Part shown: positions 17,033 through 26,466 of the stretch, one piece after another
Layout: each line of letters begins with the position of its first letter
Position numbering within the stretch: position 1 is the stretch's first letter
Assembly (NCBI GenBank): GCA_949292105.1
Contig: CASEYK010000028.1
Span: 5,246-69,245, forward strand
DNA from: an uncultured bacterium
Lineage (GTDB): Bacteria > Bacillota_I > Bacilli_A > RFN20 > CAG-826
DNA length: 64,000 nucleotides
Direction: 5' to 3'
Made by a program: the position numbers and the translations under genes
Notes under the pieces: model-generated
Told to the model about the DNA's origin: nothing
Seen by the model: the letters and a program-made list of their open reading frames with translations, nothing else
Database searches by the model: none

Positions 17033-20000
17033 ATGAAAAAGGTTTTTATCAGTTATGGTCGTGACAGTTTAAGTTTTTTTCCTACTCGCGTGAGCGAAGA
17101 TTTGATAAAAACGGAGCGGTTTGAGACCATTATCGATCAAAGGATGGAATGTGCTGTTAAGTTTGATGATTGGATTCAAGATAGAATTGATGAGAGCGAC
17201 CTCATTATCTTTTTCATGACAAAACATTCAACAAGGCGCCACGACAGCGTATGCTTGGATGAAATCGCATATGCTCGTAGTAAATCTATTCAAATCATTC
17301 CTGTTTTACTCGAAGAGTGCTCTCCGCCCCTTCTTGTGTCACGCATCAATTGGTTAGATGCTCGCGATTGTATAAATGTTGCTAATAAAACCATTATTGA
17401 AAGCCGATACAATGAAAGACTTAATCAAATAATAAAAGCTCTTGACGATGGTGGATTCGATGACGAACTCATTGGAAATGCTTTAAATTTGAAGAAAAAA
17501 CTTCAACCTTTTGACTTTTCTTTAATTTTGTCAGAAAGAAATGATTTTTTCACCGAAAGGCATGAATTTACTAAATTTTATAATGAATGGATTGAAAGTG
17601 ATAATTCGGTGCTTTGGATTGCCGCTAACGCTGGAAGTGGAAAATCGGTTTTATGTTCACATCTCGCCAACGAAGATGTAAGAGTAAAAGGTATTCACTT
17701 CTGTAAAAATTTTAGTACTGATACTGGTCTTGCTAGACGCATCATGACCCATTTAGCCTTCAATATTTTTACGCAGAACGAGCAGTACGGAAAGTCGCTA
17801 GAAGAGAATGTGGATTTTTCTGCATTTGTCAAAAATGATACAACAAAAGTTTTTTACGATTTATTTGTCAAATGTACAGCCCCTTTAGAGCCTAGCGAAC
17901 CATATATTTTGATTATTGATGGCTTAGATGAAGCTCCTTCGAGAGAAATTACTGAATTGAGTAAAGCCTTGTTTGAAAATCGAAATTTAATTCCAAAGTG
18001 GTTAAAATTTATTATTACTTCAAGGCCAGATTTGACTATCCTCCAATCCCTCTCTTTCCTTAGAAAATATGATTTGTTAAATAACAAAGACGATATATTG
18101 GCCTATATTCAACAAATATGTCTTGTCAAAAATTTAAATTTATCACAGCAAGATGTCGATCAAATCGTCGATTTGAGTCAAGGTAATTATCTCTATGTTA
18201 AAACTCTTTTTGATTTGAATGGCGGTTCCACAATTGATTTAGAAACATTGAAGAGTGGTATGTCTTCCATTTTTTCTATTAGTTTTTCGAAATTTTTTAG
18301 TGAAGAAGAATTTGTTCAATTGCCAAGACAATTGCTCCAAATTTTAGTTGCTGCGAAAGATTCGCTAGATGTCGAGACCATTTCTGAAATCATGGGTATC
18401 GGTCATTACGAATTAAACAATTTACTGAAAAAATTTGGGACATTACTCAATAGCAGCGATGCAAAAATCACTCTTTATCACAAGGCACTTGGCGATTGGC
18501 TTACCAGCCAAGATAATATCAATTACTTTGTTTCTTCAATTGAAGGTGATAAACAGATTTGCTTGTGGATTAAAAATAATCCATTTGGCTTCATGTTTAA
18601 TGACTATATTCGCAAATATGGTTTTGACCACCTCTTTAATACAGGCGATTTTGAGACTATCTTCTCTGCCTTAAAAAATACTAATCAGGAAACAGATGAT
18701 TCTCTTTGCTTGACGCTTGTACATAACGCTGTTCCTAATAAATATTCAGCGATTGCCAAGTTCATCTATGAAGGATTTAAAAATGATCCGAAAATTTTCC
18801 CAATTGCTAAAATAATAAGATATTTTGTCGAATATGGATGTTTTGCGTCCATGAGAAGCTTTTTTGCCAATTTTTTCATTCGCCAAAATAAAGAAATTGA
18901 ATGGATTATTCCTTATTCGGATTTAATCACCAACCGAATGCAGATTAAGATTGAAGAAGCGTATAAAACGCCTGAAGATTTGTTTAAGAATGCTCCAGAT
19001 GATGTTTATGCTGAATATTTTTATTATCGTGCCGAAGCATCGAGAGAACTCGGCAAATATAAAGAAGCCTTGAAACTTTATGAAAAAGCGGCGGAAACTT
19101 CTAGTAGTCCGGATCGATTTGCTCATTATATGTCGCTCATTAAAATTGCTGACATTTATTTTGTGTTTGGCGATAATCCAAAAGCGTTAGAAAAAGCCAA
19201 TAGTGTAGTGTTGGCTGATACCAATTTTGAAGGCAATTTTGCAAAAGAGCGAGTTCTTGGGCATATTTATAGAAGCATGGGCAATAGGCATGAAGCCATA
19301 CTGCATTACGAAAACGCATTAAACATCGCTAAAGACATGGGCAAAATGTACGCGATTGTTGAATCATACAATTCGCTTGCCACGGTTCTTGATGATGATA
19401 CCGCTGTTGAATATTTGTTAAAAGTTATTTCGCTCTGCAAAGCGCATGATTATAAATTAGAATTAGGAAAAGCTTATAGCGAACTAGGTAATATTTATCT
19501 TAAGAGAAGTGATATTAATAATGCCATCGAGTGCGGATTGAACGCTAAGCACAACCAAGAAACCGTCAAATATTTAGGCGGAATTTGTCAAGCGCGACGC
19601 CTTTTGATTCGATGTTATCTCCAGCTTCATGATTATCAAAAAGCCTTGCCCTTAGCTCTTTCAAATATCGAGGATATGCTCAATTCTCATTCGAGCCTAA
19701 AAACAGTGCTCAATGATATTCGCTTATATCATTTTTGCCAAAACGGGCTAGGCATATATGAACCTTTTGACGCTAATTTGTTTGCTCTTAAAGACAAAAT
19801 AACAGATGAATGGTTTTATCGTGAATTAGAAAAAAATACGATTGTCAACGCGGTTTTGAAAGAATTTAATTCGAGACCATCTTCTGATTATAAAATCGGA
19901 TACCACAATCAAAACCATACTGTTTCAGTCAATGGAGCCAAATATATTTTAAGAATTCCAGTGGAAGATTTTGATACAGTTGATATTCATGTATTTAATG

Positions 20001-20845
20001 AAAATGATGTGCTCAATTTCTTGGATGAAATTAACTTATCTGTCGATCATCCTCATTTCATTGGCAATGGCATTTTGAATCATACCATTGTGTCTGTTCA
20101 CTCCTTTATTGAAGGAAAACAGTTGCGAGCAACTATTTCCGATAATAAAGAATTAACTAATAATTTTGTGCTTCAATTCGCCCAAATTATGGCCACTTTC
20201 CATTCTTGTCGAACATGTCTTCCAAGCAATGATAACTTATATAGCACAACCAAATCGTTTTATGCCTATGATTATTCTTTTATTTCGAATCTTGTTAACA
20301 AGTGGTTTTTAAGATATCAAAATATGTACATTAAAATGGGATTTCCCACTGATATTAACCTCTTGCTAGCCAGTCATAAAGATGAAATTTTTGAGAACAT
20401 CACTTGTCTAAATCACTGCGATTTGCATCGTGGCAATGTGCTATTAAAAGACGATGGAAAATTTGCCATCATCGATTGGGAACTAACCCAATTTACTGAT
20501 CCTTTATACGACGTAGCCATTCATTTACACAAAATGTTTTATTCTGAAGAACAAGAAAAAATTTTCCTCGATGAATATTTTTCTCACTTTCAATACGATC
20601 GAGAATCTGCTACGCGACAGATTGAAAATTATCGAAGACTAGAAGAAGTTAAAAGTTGTGTTATCGATATAATTAGACTCGTACATGAATTTGGCACGAT
20701 GTCTAAAGAATCATATTTAAATGCTTGTGAAAAATACATCATGAAATTGAAAGTGCTAGAGAAGGAACAAGAGCAATATAAATCACCTTTTAAAAATAAA
20801 GAATCACTTTATCAATTCATCGAGAAAAAGTGGATTTTCTCTTAA
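17033..20845 (+). CDS. TIR - STAND (NACHT/NB-ARC-like) NTPase - TPR - APH/choline-kinase-like phosphotransferase fusion protein.
   Basis: - TIR: KKVFISYGRDS ... VCLDEIAYA gives the TIR FISY box and conserved Glu.
- NTPase: AANAGSGKSV is Walker A, ILIIDGLDEA is Walker B, and KFIITSRPD is the STAND TTR/sensor-1 motif.
- TPR: TPR-like helical repeats with ...YYRAEASRELGKYKEALKLYEKA...
- Kinase: HCDLHRGNVLL...AIIDWELTQFTDPLYDVA matches the APH Brenner HxDxxxxN and DWE motifs, and YILRIP gives the N-lobe Lys.
- Start: placed at ATG 17033, which follows GGCGAGGTG. Confidence 0.75.
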   Translation: MKKVFISYGRDSLSFFPTRVSEDLIKTERFETIIDQRMECAVKFDDWIQDRIDESDLIIFFMTKHSTRRHDSVCLDEIAYARSKSIQIIPVLLEECSPPLLVSRINWLDARDCINVANKTIIESRYNERLNQIIKALDDGGFDDELIGNALNLKKKLQPFDFSLILSERNDFFTERHEFTKFYNEWIESDNSVLWIAANAGSGKSVLCSHLANEDVRVKGIHFCKNFSTDTGLARRIMTHLAFNIFTQNEQYGKSLEENVDFSAFVKNDTTKVFYDLFVKCTAPLEPSEPYILIIDGLDEAPSREITELSKALFENRNLIPKWLKFIITSRPDLTILQSLSFLRKYDLLNNKDDILAYIQQICLVKNLNLSQQDVDQIVDLSQGNYLYVKTLFDLNGGSTIDLETLKSGMSSIFSISFSKFFSEEEFVQLPRQLLQILVAAKDSLDVETISEIMGIGHYELNNLLKKFGTLLNSSDAKITLYHKALGDWLTSQDNINYFVSSIEGDKQICLWIKNNPFGFMFNDYIRKYGFDHLFNTGDFETIFSALKNTNQETDDSLCLTLVHNAVPNKYSAIAKFIYEGFKNDPKIFPIAKIIRYFVEYGCFASMRSFFANFFIRQNKEIEWIIPYSDLITNRMQIKIEEAYKTPEDLFKNAPDDVYAEYFYYRAEASRELGKYKEALKLYEKAAETSSSPDRFAHYMSLIKIADIYFVFGDNPKALEKANSVVLADTNFEGNFAKERVLGHIYRSMGNRHEAILHYENALNIAKDMGKMYAIVESYNSLATVLDDDTAVEYLLKVISLCKAHDYKLELGKAYSELGNIYLKRSDINNAIECGLNAKHNQETVKYLGGICQARRLLIRCYLQLHDYQKALPLALSNIEDMLNSHSSLKTVLNDIRLYHFCQNGLGIYEPFDANLFALKDKITDEWFYRELEKNTIVNAVLKEFNSRPSSDYKIGYHNQNHTVSVNGAKYILRIPVEDFDTVDIHVFNENDVLNFLDEINLSVDHPHFIGNGILNHTIVSVHSFIEGKQLRATISDNKELTNNFVLQFAQIMATFHSCRTCLPSNDNLYSTTKSFYAYDYSFISNLVNKWFLRYQNMYIKMGFPTDINLLLASHKDEIFENITCLNHCDLHRGNVLLKDDGKFAIIDWELTQFTDPLYDVAIHLHKMFYSEEQEKIFLDEYFSHFQYDRESATRQIENYRRLEEVKSCVIDIIRLVHEFGTMSKESYLNACEKYIMKLKVLEKEQEQYKSPFKNKESLYQFIEKKWIFS

Positions 20846-20934
20846 TTTTTTCGTTAACTATTTCTTTGTAATATTCATTTATCTTTTTACTGTTTATTGT
20901 TAAAATAAAAGTTAGTAAAGTAGGAGATTTTATC

Positions 20935-21855
20935 ATGGACAGAAAAGTGTTCGAACATTATAGAGCATTTTATAATATGGTTCTATCCACGACTATATTA
21001 AGTAATAAATCCAACGAAGAATTTGAAAAAAACGCTTCAAATATCATCGATTTTATTGGCGAATCGTTTAAGTTAGATTCTTCTTTAGTGGCAGAATGCA
21101 AAAAAATCATCTTAGATGATTTAACAATTTTAAGTATTATGGCGGATTGTAACGCTCTTTATAGTACTCGCACTCTCGGCTCAAAAATAAATGATGCAGA
21201 TGTGCTGCTTGATATAAAGTGTGATGTTTTAACTAAACTCAATTCTCTTAGCAATGACGCTATGATGCAAAAAATGGGAGTGAATCAAAGCTGGTTTGAC
21301 TATCACTTTTTTAAATCTTATCAGCCTAATGTGCGATATAACAAAATCAATATCGCCAGCAGCGTTGGCAATTTAATTTGTACGAAACAAGTCGGCATCA
21401 TGAAAGCGCTCGGCATCGGCACCAAACAGGATTATAGCGAAGCGATTAAACGCTTTTTACAAGCTGCTCTTTGGGGCGATGTTGCAAGTTTAAGATATTT
21501 ATCGTATGTCTATACTTTGATTGGCAATCAAGAAAAAGCGTGTATTTTTAATGAAATAAGCGAGTTAAGCAGTCAATATTTGCGATCGGGTATTACCGAA
21601 TTATCCGATGAAGTGAAAAAACAATACCACGAACAAGCCATTTGTTACTATGCGATTATATCTTCAATTAGGCAAGACATCATTTTGCGATTTCAAGTTT
21701 TTAACATCGATTTTTCTTTTGTAGAAGTCATTTTAAAAGATGATATTAGTTTTAAAAAAGCGATGAAATATATCAACGAATACAAAAAAGAGCAGTGGAA
21801 AGAAGAAACAAATTCTTCGCTTGAAGCAGATTCTAGAATAGGTTTTATCCTATAG
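20935..21855 (+). CDS. Hypothetical protein (306 aa).
   Basis: ORF preceded by a GGAG RBS, lying between the STAND gene and the TraG-like ATPase. Confidence 0.45.
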   Translation: MDRKVFEHYRAFYNMVLSTTILSNKSNEEFEKNASNIIDFIGESFKLDSSLVAECKKIILDDLTILSIMADCNALYSTRTLGSKINDADVLLDIKCDVLTKLNSLSNDAMMQKMGVNQSWFDYHFFKSYQPNVRYNKINIASSVGNLICTKQVGIMKALGIGTKQDYSEAIKRFLQAALWGDVASLRYLSYVYTLIGNQEKACIFNEISELSSQYLRSGITELSDEVKKQYHEQAICYYAIISSIRQDIILRFQVFNIDFSFVEVILKDDISFKKAMKYINEYKKEQWKEETNSSLEADSRIGFIL

Positions 21856-21873
21856 AAACAGGAGAAATGAAAT

Positions 21874-23733
21874 ATGGCGAAAATGTCGTTGAGCGAAAAA
21901 ATTAAAAACGAATATCAAGAAAAATATTTAGAAGTCTCTAAAAAGATTACATATTTGGATTTGGATGAAACAGACAATGTTGAAGTGGTCATGTACAAAG
22001 ATTTGCCAAAGACTGTTGTCAAAGGTTTTCCTGTGGCTAGCGATTTCATTGATAAAGAGGGAAATATTTATTCAACAAAAAGCTTCTTGAAACTATCAGC
22101 AGAAAAGAAAAAAGAATGCGAACTGCGATATTTCTTTTTACCTAAAAATCATGAATTGTATGTTGGGGCGACGGGTAGTGGAAAGACGACGGGATGTGTT
22201 GTGCCGCAGTTAAGAGCCATCGCTTCTAAAAAAAATAAGTCCAGCCTTTTTATTACTGATCCAAAGGGTGAATTATTTGATAAAAATGCCGATTTTCTTC
22301 AAAAACAGGGCTATAAAACCTTCGTTTTAAATTTCAAAAACACTAGCCGTTCTGATCGCTGGAGTGTTTTTGAAGATTTGTATAGCATTAAAATTAAAAC
22401 TCTTTCGATTGGCAAAGGAATGAAATATAAGACTGGCATTCCATCTGCTTCGTTAGAATTGTATAGCGATATAAGCGATTTTAATTCGGAAAATTATATC
22501 GAATATGATGGCAAAGCCTTTGCCAACGGTAATGACTTTGATGAATATGTTCGGATTCAAAAAGATTTGATTGAAGCCGAACTGGATTCATCGCTAAATG
22601 AATTAGCTAATACAATGATTGTTGTTCAATCTCGAAATGATAAGACTTGGGAATATGGCGCAATTGATTTATTAAAGGGCATTATTCGCTGTATGCTTAC
22701 TGATTTAGTTAATCCCAAAAGTGGATTTACAAAAGACATGCTCAATTTGAACAATTTACAATTTTATTATACAACGCTCAAAAATACTCTCACTGATTCA
22801 GAATTTTCTGGAAGTAGTCAAAACGCTAGATTCAACAATCATCCACTTCTGGTCGATAAAGATGTTCGAACAAAAGCTTTATTGTCGGCCGCGTTGAATA
22901 ATTCCCCTAATACAATGAGAAATTATTGTGGTGTTTTTGATAATTCGATGACTGATTGGTTTCAAGCCCACATTTATGCATTGACCAATGGTAATAATAT
23001 TGATATCGATAACATTCCTGATGATCAGCCGTATGCCATTTTTCTCATTACACGCGATTATGAAAAAAATGACTATCGCATCGCTGGCATTTTTATCGAC
23101 TATGTTTATCGACATTTGATTATGCGCGCCGAGTGTAGCGAGCGCCCGCGCGAATTCCATTTTTTGCTCGATGAATTTGGGAATGTTCCAAAAATAAAAG
23201 ATTTTGAAAATAAAATTGCTACGGCTAGAAGCCGCAACATTTGGTTCCATCTTTATTTGCAATCATATTTTCAACTTGACGCTATTTACACAGCAGATGT
23301 CGCAACAATTATACGAGATAATTGTAGTTCACAAATCTTTTTAGGAGCTCAAAATCGAGCGACTAAAGAAGACTTTTCGAAACAATGTGGTATGCATTAT
23401 GTACCATCGTTTTCTAGCTATCTAAATAATGAATCACAGCCTAACTTGGTTGAGGTTCCTCTTGTTCCCGTCAGTTCGCTAGATTTAATCGAGCCGGGAG
23501 AAATATATACCAAAAGAACATATAAGCCTGTCATGGTTGCGCAGTTTATTCGAAGCTATGTCTGCGGTGAATGTGGTGCATACGAAGATCATCAAGACGT
23601 TGAAGGTTTAAAAACATGTGTGCCTCATGAGCACGGCGGATTTAATGGTCCTCAATACATTTGGCCCAAACTGCAAGAAATGCATACTAAGAAAAAGAAG
23701 AAAATTGATCTAGATGATATCTTAGGAGATTAA
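21874..23733 (+). CDS. TraG/VirD4-family (type IV coupling protein-like) ATPase. It is soluble, with no N-terminal TM helices, and has a C-terminal Cys-rich Zn-ribbon-like tail.
   Basis: Sequence VGATGSGKTTGCVVPQL is Walker A + the PnLL box. HFLLDEFGNV is Walker B. ARSRNIWFHLYLQSYFQLDAIY matches the T4CP RSrGi...QslsQL block. C-terminal CGECG...CVPHEHGG. Confidence 0.6.
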   Translation: MAKMSLSEKIKNEYQEKYLEVSKKITYLDLDETDNVEVVMYKDLPKTVVKGFPVASDFIDKEGNIYSTKSFLKLSAEKKKECELRYFFLPKNHELYVGATGSGKTTGCVVPQLRAIASKKNKSSLFITDPKGELFDKNADFLQKQGYKTFVLNFKNTSRSDRWSVFEDLYSIKIKTLSIGKGMKYKTGIPSASLELYSDISDFNSENYIEYDGKAFANGNDFDEYVRIQKDLIEAELDSSLNELANTMIVVQSRNDKTWEYGAIDLLKGIIRCMLTDLVNPKSGFTKDMLNLNNLQFYYTTLKNTLTDSEFSGSSQNARFNNHPLLVDKDVRTKALLSAALNNSPNTMRNYCGVFDNSMTDWFQAHIYALTNGNNIDIDNIPDDQPYAIFLITRDYEKNDYRIAGIFIDYVYRHLIMRAECSERPREFHFLLDEFGNVPKIKDFENKIATARSRNIWFHLYLQSYFQLDAIYTADVATIIRDNCSSQIFLGAQNRATKEDFSKQCGMHYVPSFSSYLNNESQPNLVEVPLVPVSSLDLIEPGEIYTKRTYKPVMVAQFIRSYVCGECGAYEDHQDVEGLKTCVPHEHGGFNGPQYIWPKLQEMHTKKKKKIDLDDILGD

Positions 23734-23738
23734 ACAAT

Positions 23739-25916
23739 ATGCTCGCGGTTGATATACTTATTACTCTTTGTCTCATTGTTTTACTTTTCTACGCGCTATA
23801 TGTAGTGACGAAATTGTGTGTTTTAAAACGCGGCGATAAGTTGTCTTATCTCAAAGGTTTTAAAAAAGGAAAGTTTGCTTTCATCTACTTTATTGCTATT
23901 TTTCTCTATTGGATTGGATATTATCAAATCAATAACAAATTAGATCAATCGTTTATAAGCGCGATTAATGACACCATTGATTTGGTTGTTTTAAAAATCA
24001 AGATATCAGGTATTTATTCATATATGGAAACCAATGCGTATTATGCCGCTTCCATGTATATTCTTTTTTGTCTTGTTGTCTTGAATGTCTTTTTATTTGC
24101 TTTTGCGCTGTTTGGACAAAGTATTGTTAATTTCTTTAAAAGAGTTTATTACACGCATGTTGCGAAAAAAATTTATGTTGTTATCGGATTTAATAAGAGC
24201 AATGAATCGGTGCTCAAATCGATTAAAAGTAAAAAATATAATGTTATTTTATTCGCAGAAGCTGGCAAGAACTATTTAGATTTCACATATATAAACAAAA
24301 TTTGCTATATCAAATATTTTGATAACACTGATTTTTATGATAAATTGTCCAAACTTTTTAAGAATTTTACAAATCGTAGCGTAGAAGTAATTATTAATAC
24401 TGGCAACGATGAAAAAAATATTATTCTCACCGAACAAATCAGCAACATCATTCTTGATGATAAGTTGACAAAATATACTTCTGATGTCGATTGTGGCCTT
24501 CGCGTCTATGTCTTTGGTGAGCCACAAAATGTTTCATCTTTTTCCCATTATGTTAAAAAAACAAATGGATGCGTTCATTATTTGAATAAATACAAAATTG
24601 TTGCGAATGATTTTATCGACAAATATCCTCTTACCCAATTTATGAATGATGATGAAATTGATTATAGTAGTGCAACGATTAAAGAAGATGTCGATCTCAA
24701 TGTTATTCTTATCGGATACGGGAAAACAAATCAGCAAATATTCCTCTCTTCCGTGGCCATCAATCAATTTATTACTTTCGACAGAAATCATCGTCTTGTC
24801 GATAAACCAGTTAATTATTTTATTTATGATAAAGAAATTTCTAATAACGAAAAAAACTTAAATCATGCTTTTTATCGCTTTAAAAGCGAATTGGATACAG
24901 ATCAAGATAAATATTTGCCACTCCCTCCTTTCCCTGCCAATGATAATTTCTTAAAACTAGACATTAATGATAATCATTTTTATGAAATGATTAAAAGCAA
25001 TATCCACCCGCAAGGTAGACGAAAAGCGTTTAATTACATCGTTATTGCTTTCGGTACCGATTTAGAAAATCTCGATTTAGCTGAGAAAATATGTTCTAAG
25101 TTAAAAGAGTGGGGATTATTCAATAAAACCAAAGTTTTTCTCAAAATTCGCAACGGCGAATTAGCCACACAAGTCGTCAATAAAGAATTTATATCGACGA
25201 GCGGATTCTATACTTTTGGCAATGAGAGCGAAGTTGTCTATGATATCGATAAAATTGTGACAGAAAAAATTGAATTGATGGCAATGGATCGACATCTTTC
25301 ATATAACATCAAAAGCAATATGAATTTAGAAACAGCCAAGCAAGTAATTGAAGAAGCGACGAAGAGTTGGTACGCGATGCATCAAATTCAAAGAGAAAGC
25401 AACATTTACGCGATTTTAAGTATCCGTTCCAAACTCCAGTTGCTCGGGTTTGATTATGCTCCAGTTAACAGTCCTCTTGGCGATGAAAGTGCAGCATATC
25501 AAAAGGCTTATGAAAAAGACGATCCGATTGTCTATGACGACACAAGAGAAGATGTCAAAGGTAAAAAAACCATTGTTTATACAAATGAACGAGTGAGCCA
25601 TAGCGTAAGAGAAAATCTAGCTATCTTGGAGCATCAAAGATGGAATGCATACATGATTTCCAAAGGAAATATTCCTTCAACTATTGAACAAATTAAAAAC
25701 AATGATTCAAAACGTCTAGATTTGAGAAGGCATGGCAATATTACTACTTTTGAAGGCTTAATTGAATTTAGAAAAATAATGGCCGAAGTCAAGCATCTCT
25801 CAGAAGAAGAAACAGATGTTATCCGTTATGACTATCAAATAATGGATGATTTAGTTTGGCTATTGCACAAAAACGGCTATAAGATTGTCAAAAAAGAGGA
25901 GAAAAAAGATGAGTGA
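23739..25916 (+). CDS. Polytopic membrane protein with two Rossmann/RCK-like cytoplasmic domains and a C-terminal RyR domain (paralog A).
   Basis: Four N-terminal hydrophobic helices. KIYVVIGFNKSNESVLKSI and VILIGYGKTNQQIF are GxGxxG-like. LEHQRWNAYMISKGNIP...RHGNITTFEGL matches the RyR HExW..GW.yg...H.c...eL pattern. It is a paralog of 26999-29383. Confidence 0.55.
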   Translation: MLAVDILITLCLIVLLFYALYVVTKLCVLKRGDKLSYLKGFKKGKFAFIYFIAIFLYWIGYYQINNKLDQSFISAINDTIDLVVLKIKISGIYSYMETNAYYAASMYILFCLVVLNVFLFAFALFGQSIVNFFKRVYYTHVAKKIYVVIGFNKSNESVLKSIKSKKYNVILFAEAGKNYLDFTYINKICYIKYFDNTDFYDKLSKLFKNFTNRSVEVIINTGNDEKNIILTEQISNIILDDKLTKYTSDVDCGLRVYVFGEPQNVSSFSHYVKKTNGCVHYLNKYKIVANDFIDKYPLTQFMNDDEIDYSSATIKEDVDLNVILIGYGKTNQQIFLSSVAINQFITFDRNHRLVDKPVNYFIYDKEISNNEKNLNHAFYRFKSELDTDQDKYLPLPPFPANDNFLKLDINDNHFYEMIKSNIHPQGRRKAFNYIVIAFGTDLENLDLAEKICSKLKEWGLFNKTKVFLKIRNGELATQVVNKEFISTSGFYTFGNESEVVYDIDKIVTEKIELMAMDRHLSYNIKSNMNLETAKQVIEEATKSWYAMHQIQRESNIYAILSIRSKLQLLGFDYAPVNSPLGDESAAYQKAYEKDDPIVYDDTREDVKGKKTIVYTNERVSHSVRENLAILEHQRWNAYMISKGNIPSTIEQIKNNDSKRLDLRRHGNITTFEGLIEFRKIMAEVKHLSEEETDVIRYDYQIMDDLVWLLHKNGYKIVKKEEKKDE

Positions 25917-26451
25917 AAATTATACGGATATAAAAGATAAATTGTTCAAGGATAGAACTATCGTCATCTGCGGTCCAATCGACAACGCTAAAGCGACATC
26001 AATTATTTTTTCTCTTTTAACTTTTGATTCGGAGAGCAATGACGAAATTCAATTATTCATTAGTTCTCTGGGTGGGGAATATCTCGACTCGCTTGCTATC
26101 TACGACACGATTAAAAGAATCAAATCGCCAATATCTGCAACTTGTATTGGATTTGCCAACGGATATGCTGCATTAATTTTGGCGTGCTGTAGTAAAGGGC
26201 ATCGATACGCTTTAAAACATAGTCAAATTAACTTTGAACAACCATATGGTGTAATTAATCAAGGCGTCAATCAAGAAACAGAAATACGCATTAGCGCCAA
26301 AGAAGCAGCAATCGAAAGAGAAGTGTTTGAAAAAATGCTTTCTGAACACACCGGTCAACCAGTCGAAAAAATTCATAAAGATTTAGAAGCCGGCATCACA
26401 TTGAATGTTGAAGAAGCGCTAACTTATGGCGTTATTGACAAAATCATTTAA
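25909..26451 (+). CDS. ClpP-family protein that is catalytically inactive (ClpR-like). It lacks the N-terminal axial loop and has a Lys/Arg-rich N-terminal extension.
   Basis: Collinear with ClpP (IYDTIKRIKSPISATCIGF...). The Ser position reads GFANGYAALIL (Ser to Gly), the His position reads NFEQP (His to Glu), and the Asp position reads LEAGITL. The start was set to the ATG at 25909, which follows a GAGGAG RBS. Confidence 0.7.
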   Translation: MSENYTDIKDKLFKDRTIVICGPIDNAKATSIIFSLLTFDSESNDEIQLFISSLGGEYLDSLAIYDTIKRIKSPISATCIGFANGYAALILACCSKGHRYALKHSQINFEQPYGVINQGVNQETEIRISAKEAAIEREVFEKMLSEHTGQPVEKIHKDLEAGITLNVEEALTYGVIDKII

Positions 26452-26466
26452 GTTGAGGAAATAGTT

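Noticed and set aside
21874-23733. TraG/VirD4-like gene as evidence of an integrative conjugative element.
   Set aside because: No relaxase, VirB4, integrase or other T4SS components are present within the 64 kb, and the protein lacks the TM anchor. I treated it as an orphan ATPase instead.
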